From: an uncultured Gammaproteobacteria bacterium
GTDB lineage: Bacteria; Patescibacteriota; Microgenomatia; UBA10105; UBA927
NCBI GenBank assembly: GCA_964629685.1
Contig: CAZVTT010000005.1
Location: 1 to 63,265, forward strand
Direction of reading: 5' to 3'
DNA: 63,265 bases
Made by a program: the position numbers and the translations under genes. This document shows, one piece after another, positions 57,570-63,265 of the stretch (within the stretch, counting starts at the first letter, position 1; each line of letters starts with the position of its first letter). The notes under the pieces were generated by a model. The model searched no databases, was not told the origin of the DNA, and saw only the letters and a program-made list of their open reading frames with translations.

Positions 57570-59549
57570 TTACTGCGTGGAATTACTTTGCGATTTTTCT
57601 TCTATACAGCGGCGTAATTCATCCGTCATGGTCCAACCGCAATCTCCGTTGGATTGCCGCGCGCAGGTTTTTCCCTGATAACAAGCATACACTTCACGAT
57701 ATTCACAGGTAGACATAAGTTGTTGATCCGCACAGATCTGTGAACTGCAGCCGGTAACGACACAGGCCTTATTCCGGTTTGAGAGAGCCGTTTCACAGGC
57801 TGATTTTTCATTAAATGTTTTTAAACCTTCGTATGCATATGCTCCGCAGAATTGCTTCTGTGCACATACGGTAGTGGTTTTGTCGAACCACCAGAGATTC
57901 TGACAGGATCCGGTAGGACACACCAAGATAGGGTCACACGGCGCCTGAATACACTGCACATCCTGATAGTGACACCCTTCCCCCGGTGTGGGAGTAGGTG
58001 TGGGGGTACGGTCCCGATTACAACCTTCCGGTACAACGCTTCCGGCCGCAACCCAAGCCTGGTACGCGGTTTTTTCCGCATCGGTAAGTGGTACGGTAGC
58101 CATGGTACACATGACACCATCCCTGGGAATATTCCCTTTGCAGCCGTTTGGCCAATAACTTCCTTCTCCGACAAAATTCCAGCACACGGTTTGATATTGG
58201 GCCAGACATTGCTTTAATTCCGCCGTCTGGGTCCAACCGCATTGACCATTCGCCTGTGTCTTACAGGTTGCCGAGTTGTAACACGCATATTCCGGCTTTG
58301 CCAGACATATAGTAGATATTTGATCGGCCAAATTCGAATTTATACAGAGCTCACCGTTACAACCCGCAATTTTACAGGGAGCCTCTGCCCGAAGCGGATC
58401 TGCCTGTACCCGAAGCCAATCTATGGCAATCGTGGTCGGTTCGTTCCCGTAGGGTCCGGAGGTAGAGCCGAATAAGCCCATCATGTTCCGTGAGAAGTTT
58501 AGGGAAAGCGTATCCATGGTATCGGGTATTTTGAGCGTATATTCCCGGAGCGTCCCATCTATCGGAATGGAAACCGGCTGGCTATATTTTTTGGCGTCTG
58601 AACTCCCGGGTGAAACGACGATACGCAGTTGTACGGTGGACTCTTCCGGACAGATATTTTCGGATTCGGAAATAGCGCAGGGCGGATTATTATCCAGACA
58701 GGCAGGTCTGGGCGTACAGGTGGGTTTCGGCGTTGCCGTCGGCGTAACAGCCGGTGTGGCGGTTGGCTTCGGACACCATACAATACCCGGTGCCGGATCA
58801 CAGTAGATGACTTCACCATTGTCGTCTGCGACACCATCCGCACAGGCCGGTCTGGGGACACAGGTAGGATTGTCACACTGATTTACTTTTTCCCAACCCG
58901 ACGGTACGTCACACGGCGTAGAAAACTGCCGGCATTCCCCCGTCTGTTTATTTACCGCAGGCTGAATAACCTGCACGCAGGCAGTATCATCGCCCGTGAT
59001 TCCTTCCAGCAGATAGGCCATATCCGTAGGCCGCTTATAAACGAATACCCACATATACAGCAGTTCAATAAAATTCCGCAGTTTAGCCGGAACTAATTTA
59101 AGCCAGGCCGGCTCGTTGGGAATAACTCCCGCAGCAGTGGTATCTGACGAGTTGTCTGTCGCTCCCAGCACGCCACCCTTGGCCCCACGCGCCGATACCC
59201 GAATGACAATTTCCTTGTTGGCAAACGGTGCATTGGTGGAAAATTTATCATCATTGCTTACCTGAATGGCTGCAGCATTGTTGGGGAATGTGGTGACAAA
59301 GCTATTATTTTTAATTTCTGCACTATCTCCGGTGGATTTCCAGCCTTCTTTTCCGCTCTCAAAATCCCAGCGCTTTATAACCACTTTATCCGAAGCGGCA
59401 CGGGAACGCGTATCCGTATTGGAACGGTTTGCAGCCTGGTAGGTAAGCGCCACCGCAAACACAGCAAAGGCCACACCGAATACCCAGATAAGAATATTCC
59501 CAAAACGGCCGGAATCCAATCCCGCTGATTTTTTCTTCAATAAGCCCAT
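57570..59549 (-). CDS. TM-anchored Cys-rich modular surface protein
   Basis: TM, DTRSRA, two eight-cysteine-cluster-like modules (C..GC.G.LC...C...EY.CY...C...CGW), several other Cys modules. Confidence 0.82.
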   Translation of the reverse strand: MGLLKKKSAGLDSGRFGNILIWVFGVAFAVFAVALTYQAANRSNTDTRSRAASDKVVIKRWDFESGKEGWKSTGDSAEIKNNSFVTTFPNNAAAIQVSNDDKFSTNAPFANKEIVIRVSARGAKGGVLGATDNSSDTTAAGVIPNEPAWLKLVPAKLRNFIELLYMWVFVYKRPTDMAYLLEGITGDDTACVQVIQPAVNKQTGECRQFSTPCDVPSGWEKVNQCDNPTCVPRPACADGVADDNGEVIYCDPAPGIVWCPKPTATPAVTPTATPKPTCTPRPACLDNNPPCAISESENICPEESTVQLRIVVSPGSSDAKKYSQPVSIPIDGTLREYTLKIPDTMDTLSLNFSRNMMGLFGSTSGPYGNEPTTIAIDWLRVQADPLRAEAPCKIAGCNGELCINSNLADQISTICLAKPEYACYNSATCKTQANGQCGWTQTAELKQCLAQYQTVCWNFVGEGSYWPNGCKGNIPRDGVMCTMATVPLTDAEKTAYQAWVAAGSVVPEGCNRDRTPTPTPTPGEGCHYQDVQCIQAPCDPILVCPTGSCQNLWWFDKTTTVCAQKQFCGAYAYEGLKTFNEKSACETALSNRNKACVVTGCSSQICADQQLMSTCEYREVYACYQGKTCARQSNGDCGWTMTDELRRCIEEKSQSNSTQ

Positions 59550-59601
59550 CTAGTACAAGCATCGCAAGATGCAAAAAGTTTGTCAAGAACAAAGGGAACA
59601 C

Positions 59602-60237
59602 TTACCGCTGTTGCAGTTCAGAAATGGCCGCGGAGACTCCCCGGGGATTTTTAAAAATATAACTGGTGGATACCAATCGAGTAGCACCTGCTTCGATTAC
59701 AATCGGTGCAGTTTTATCGTTTATTCCCCCGTCGACTTCGATAGCCAGATCCGGAAGATTTCTGCGGAGAATCCGGATTTTTTCCACCGTTTCGGGAAGG
59801 AAAGGCTGTCCGCTCGGACCGGCCTCAATGGTCATAACTAACGCCAGATCTATTTCGTTTAGAAACGGTTCAAATACATCAAATTCCGTCGGTCCGTCTA
59901 TGGCCAGCCCTACTTCTACGCTTTCGTACTGAACTTCTTCCAGGAACAGACGCGGATCTACCGCTTCTACATGGGCAATAAGCCGTTTAAACCCTACGTC
60001 CGCAAGTTGTTTTACGTACTTTTCCGGATGGGCTACCATAAGATGGGCTTCAAGAGAAACATTTTCCGATACTTCACGGAACTTTTCCAGATCCATACAT
60101 GTCATATTCGGAACTAATGTGCCATCGGCAAAATCTATTTGCACCCAGGGAACATATCCTGTTACCTGTTCCAATTTCCGCTGTATTTCTGGCCATTCCA
60201 ATTCGTTTATACCGGGAATTACTTCTACCATGTACAT
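59602..60237 (-). CDS. rpe: ribulose-phosphate 3-epimerase
   Basis: QIDFADG, EAHLMV, VMTIEAGPSGQ, EVDGGIN. Confidence 0.93.
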   Translation of the reverse strand: MYMVEVIPGINELEWPEIQRKLEQVTGYVPWVQIDFADGTLVPNMTCMDLEKFREVSENVSLEAHLMVAHPEKYVKQLADVGFKRLIAHVEAVDPRLFLEEVQYESVEVGLAIDGPTEFDVFEPFLNEIDLALVMTIEAGPSGQPFLPETVEKIRILRRNLPDLAIEVDGGINDKTAPIVIEAGATRLVSTSYIFKNPRGVSAAISELQQR

Positions 60238-60319
60238 ACCGTAATATAGTTATTCGACAAATACAACGGGGAAATTGCTATAAAATGCCGACAGAACACG
60301 GCGGGCATCACCCTATGCG

Positions 60320-61018
60320 TTACGCGGTTGCAGTAAGCTCCGGGGTCTGTTCCAGTAAGCGGTCGTAGACCATAGCCCCGGCAAGCATGGAAACGGGCAG
60401 TGTGACCAGAATACCCACACCGAGCAGAATCACACCTATGAAATTTAACCCCATCACAGCGAGACTGAAGAGCAGCAATTTGCCTTTAACACCATGGGTT
60501 AGTGCCCAACTATTCCGCAATGACTGCACGATACCGGCCTTGCAGTCCAGAATAAAATACGTATAGAACTGTAGCGATACCATCAGGAAAATACCCGGAA
60601 TTATAAGAAACAAAAACCCGACAAAGAGTACTACGCCGTTTAATAATGACGCGATGCCGTACGGAATCATTCGTCTGACCGCTACCTCTGCAGTTTGACG
60701 GAATGGCTTCGGCTGACCGCGCACATAAGAAAGATAGACACCAACAAGCATAAGTGTAACGGTACCGTTTACGGCCCATGACAATACGTTCTTTATCAGT
60801 TCAAAAAAACCGCTAACCATACCGACCACATCCTGCGGGGCGGATGAAAACGGCAGCAATGCTACCTTTTGCACACCGCTAAAAACCACTTGAAACACAA
60901 AAATTATGATAATGGGTAGTAACGCCAAACCGATAAAATATAAAGGATTACGCTTATATATTTGCCAGGAAGCGCCTAACACTTCCCGAATTGAAAATGA
61001 CTTTTTTGTATTTGTCAT
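60320..61018 (-). CDS. integral membrane protein (DUF975-like)
   Basis: ~5 TMs, FLIIPGI..., SLRNSWALTHG pattern. Confidence 0.75.
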   Translation of the reverse strand: MTNTKKSFSIREVLGASWQIYKRNPLYFIGLALLPIIIIFVFQVVFSGVQKVALLPFSSAPQDVVGMVSGFFELIKNVLSWAVNGTVTLMLVGVYLSYVRGQPKPFRQTAEVAVRRMIPYGIASLLNGVVLFVGFLFLIIPGIFLMVSLQFYTYFILDCKAGIVQSLRNSWALTHGVKGKLLLFSLAVMGLNFIGVILLGVGILVTLPVSMLAGAMVYDRLLEQTPELTATA

Positions 61019-61024
61019 ACTATA

Positions 61025-61492
61025 TCACCGTTGCTCGTACGCATGAATTTGCTCTATGCGCCGGGCATGACGGGCCTCCCCTGAAAACTCCGTTGTCAGC
61101 CATGTATGGAGAATTTCTTTTGCTTGTTCCGACGTAACCCAATCCCCCGATAGTCCCAACACGTTGGCGTCATTGTGTTCCCGTGCGTGCTGAGCGGATT
61201 TAACATCCGTCGCGGCAACGGCTCTGACATTCGGGACTTTATTGGCGGCGATGACCATACCCGCAGCCGAACGGCAGATGAGAATGCCCTTTGGTCTTTG
61301 CCCCCAGGATAGCGCCGTATTATCGGTTCCGCCTACCTGTCCGGCCACGGCGAGTCCATACACGGGATAGTCATCATCAGGATCTAATGTTTTCGGACCC
61401 AAGTCGGTATACGGAAGTTTCCATTCATCCAACCAGCTTTTTATGCCTTCTTTAATCTGAAACCCGCCATGATCGGCACCCAGATAAATCAT
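61025..61492 (-). CDS. rpiB: ribose-5-phosphate isomerase B
   Basis: GADHGG, DDDYP, LICRSAAG, AREHNDANVL, RHARRI. Confidence 0.95.
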   Translation of the reverse strand: MIYLGADHGGFQIKEGIKSWLDEWKLPYTDLGPKTLDPDDDYPVYGLAVAGQVGGTDNTALSWGQRPKGILICRSAAGMVIAANKVPNVRAVAATDVKSAQHAREHNDANVLGLSGDWVTSEQAKEILHTWLTTEFSGEARHARRIEQIHAYEQR

Positions 61493-61513
61493 ATAGGTAG
61501 TGTAGCAGAAAAC

Positions 61514-62458
61514 TTATTTCTCGTCTTTCGGTTCGGGATGCCCACCATACTCATACCGCAATGCAGAAACTACTTTTCCGGCAAAAGACGGTTTGGTAAG
61601 CGATTCCGTTCTGGCTACAACGGACTTTGTAAGAATTTCTACCGGCACACCTAATTCTTTTGCGGTTTCTATTGTCCATTTCCCCGTTTCACCACCGCCT
61701 ACCCGTCCGACGTATTGGGATAACTTCCCGTCGTGTTTTAACGCACGCGACAACAATTCCATAAGCCAACTGCGGACCACGCTGCCATGATTCCAGTTTT
61801 CGGCAATTTTCGCTAAATCCAACTGATACGGACTTTTTTCTAATACGGCAAACCCTTCGGCAATAGCCTGGTTCATACCGTACTCCACACCGTTATGGAT
61901 CATTTTTACGAAATGCCCTGCTCCGTGATCACCGAAATATGACCATCCTTGTGACACCGCTACGGCATCCCAAAGCCAGGATAACTGCTGCACCGTATCT
62001 GCCGGACCACCCAACATAAGGCAGGCGCCGTGACGGGATCCTTCCAATCCGCCACTGGTACCGCAATCGATAAGTGTAATCCGTTGCGCTGACAATTCCA
62101 TGGCCCGTCTGATGGTATCTTTGTAAAAACAATTTCCGGCGTCGATAACAATATCCCCTGCTTTAAGACCAGCAGCCATAAGCTGTGAAATGACTTCATC
62201 GACTGCCGTTCCTGCGGTAACCATAACGAAAACAATACGGGGTGAAGGCAATGCTGCTACGAATTCCGCCATGGTGGTAGTTCCATGAATTTGCCCAATA
62301 ACGGTGTCGGAGCGACCGGAAGCCACTTTTTGCAACAGGTCTCCAACCACTCCTACCGTCCGGTTATACACCACCACGTTTACCCCTTGTTCCAATAAAT
62401 GCAGCACCATATTGCTGCCCATTTTCCCAAGACCTATACATCCGATGGTTTTGTTCAT
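61514..62458 (-). CDS. gnd: 6-phosphogluconate dehydrogenase (short, decarboxylating type)
   Basis: GLGKMG, IDAGN, DCGTSGG, GHFVKMIHNGVEYG, ALRYEYGGH. Confidence 0.94.
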   Translation of the reverse strand: MNKTIGCIGLGKMGSNMVLHLLEQGVNVVVYNRTVGVVGDLLQKVASGRSDTVIGQIHGTTTMAEFVAALPSPRIVFVMVTAGTAVDEVISQLMAAGLKAGDIVIDAGNCFYKDTIRRAMELSAQRITLIDCGTSGGLEGSRHGACLMLGGPADTVQQLSWLWDAVAVSQGWSYFGDHGAGHFVKMIHNGVEYGMNQAIAEGFAVLEKSPYQLDLAKIAENWNHGSVVRSWLMELLSRALKHDGKLSQYVGRVGGGETGKWTIETAKELGVPVEILTKSVVARTESLTKPSFAGKVVSALRYEYGGHPEPKDEK

Positions 62459-62466
62459 ACGTACTC

Positions 62467-62495
62467 ATCCTACCGATGCCGGTTACGAAGATCAA
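62467..62495 (-). promoter_or_regulatory. leaderless gnd promoter
   Basis: TTGATC-N17-TAGGAT-N8-ATG. Confidence 0.7.
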
Positions 62496-62541
62496 GAGGT
62501 GTCACAGTGGCGTACGTCCCGTTGACCCGACGACCGCCACT

Positions 62542-62583
62542 AAAAAATCCGCTGGGCTGTTGCGAAACAACAGGTAGCGGATT
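62542..62583 (-). terminator. intrinsic terminator
   Basis: AATCCGCT...CTGTTG-tttcg-CAACAG...AGCGGATT-TTTT. Confidence 0.65.
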
Positions 62584-63142
62584 AGTAGAACTTTCGCCCT
62601 ACCGGTAATCCTTAAATTTCCGAAAAGAAGTAGTTCTTTCCGAAAAAATACGGATTAGCCTATCGGGATAAAAAGTTAAAGAAAAATAAGAGGAGTGTTG
62701 GTTTTGTTAAATCAATGAAGAGGTCTGAGGCACAGTGAAACAGAAGTCTGCCTTAGGGGGCCAGGCGGATTCGTGTTTTTTCTGAGTATTCCCAGACCTC
62801 GGAGCATTTTTTTAACAAGGGGGTCTGACCAATATGACGGATGATTAGGAGGTGCGATTCGGCTTCTTCATTTGATGGTTGGTGATCTTCCGCGAGCTAT
62901 AGCACTGCCGCACGATTCTACATCGTCGCTGATGCAGCGCCTGCTCCGTCTTCTTACTTGATATCCGGTGGTGGCAGCTATTGGCCGCCCTGCGTGGTTT
63001 ATTCCGTACCCAAGCACCTTGCTTCCGTCATACAACATTGGCCAGACCGAACCGAAGAGAATACTATTCTCTCCAAATCGGTCTAACCAATATCCTCTAA
63101 TTTAATGTGCCGCAAACAGGGATGCATATATCCGCGTTGCAC
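62542..63142 (-). ncRNA. candidate large structured ncRNA (~600 nt), family unknown
   Basis: No ORF of 60 aa or more upstream of 62608, own promoter and terminator, several long helices whose G-U pairs work only on the minus strand. Confidence 0.5.
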
Positions 63143-63148
63143 CTATAG

Positions 63149-63177
63149 AACCTACCAGACTGATGAATTCGTGTCAA
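63149..63177 (-). promoter_or_regulatory. sigma70 promoter with extended -10
   Basis: TTGACA (63177-63172), N17, TAGGTT (63154-63149) preceded by TGG. Confidence 0.65.
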
Positions 63178-63265
63178 GCAGTATTTGAACGTATTTTACC
63201 TCCACCAACGGACTCGTCGCTGAATCCTCACCATAAGTGGCTGTACGTCTTGGTGACTCGACTAC

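Noticed and set aside
62819-63207. Plus-strand tmRNA-like ends (GGGGGTC...GACGG at 62819; ...ACCTCCACCA at 63207; ~390 nt)
   Set aside because: No T-arm (GTTCRA stem-loop) before the CCA, the 7th acceptor pair fails, no tag ORF ending in ALAA-like codons, and G-U asymmetry favours the minus strand.
63218-63265. c-di-AMP (ydaO) riboswitch-like start CGCTGAATCC
   Set aside because: The following conserved GGAGGAAC/GGGG elements are missing and the window ends; cannot be supported.
1-63265. CRISPR arrays, tRNAs, IS elements, rRNA introns, stop-codon reassignment
   Set aside because: None seen by eye: no regularly spaced repeats, no cloverleaf with a T-arm, no transposase motifs, and long ORFs are intact under code 11.

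Overview
Window from a Patescibacteria (CPR) genome, Microgenomates/OP11-like. This is inferred from the 16S primer-site mismatches, the long Lys-rich N-extension on uL1, and typical CPR surface proteins. It holds the 5' half of a 16S rRNA gene (minus strand, cut by the window edge) with its promoter. Housekeeping genes are topA, dprA, mreB, pbp2, def, fmt, rpmB, rplK-rplA and rplJ-rplL (the last two pairs are ~14.8 kb apart). Sugar genes are gnd, rpiB, rpe, tkt, tal, galT, hexokinase and nagB, and there are glycan and envelope genes plus many orphan or secreted proteins. Most genes carry a -10 box 6-8 nt before the ATG (leaderless). I found no tRNA, CRISPR array, transposase or integrase. Best candidates for new biology: (1) an 823-aa protein with a divergent PvcA/Dit1 isonitrile-synthase-like domain, lying divergent from a pseudo-ATPase/OmpR-wHTH regulator with phased TGACA boxes; (2) a ~600-nt ORF-free, highly structured minus-strand unit at 62542-63142 with its own promoter and terminator (orphan large ncRNA candidate); (3) two paralogous 'membrane adaptor + secreted protein with swapped C-terminal tip' cassettes; (4) a BldC/Xis-like HTH gene whose promoter is covered by eight TG(A) motifs in exact 10-bp phase; (5) a shared D-x-R-[ST]-x-A motif after the N-terminal TM helix of four surface proteins. 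All homology calls are by eye from remembered family motifs; no searches were run.
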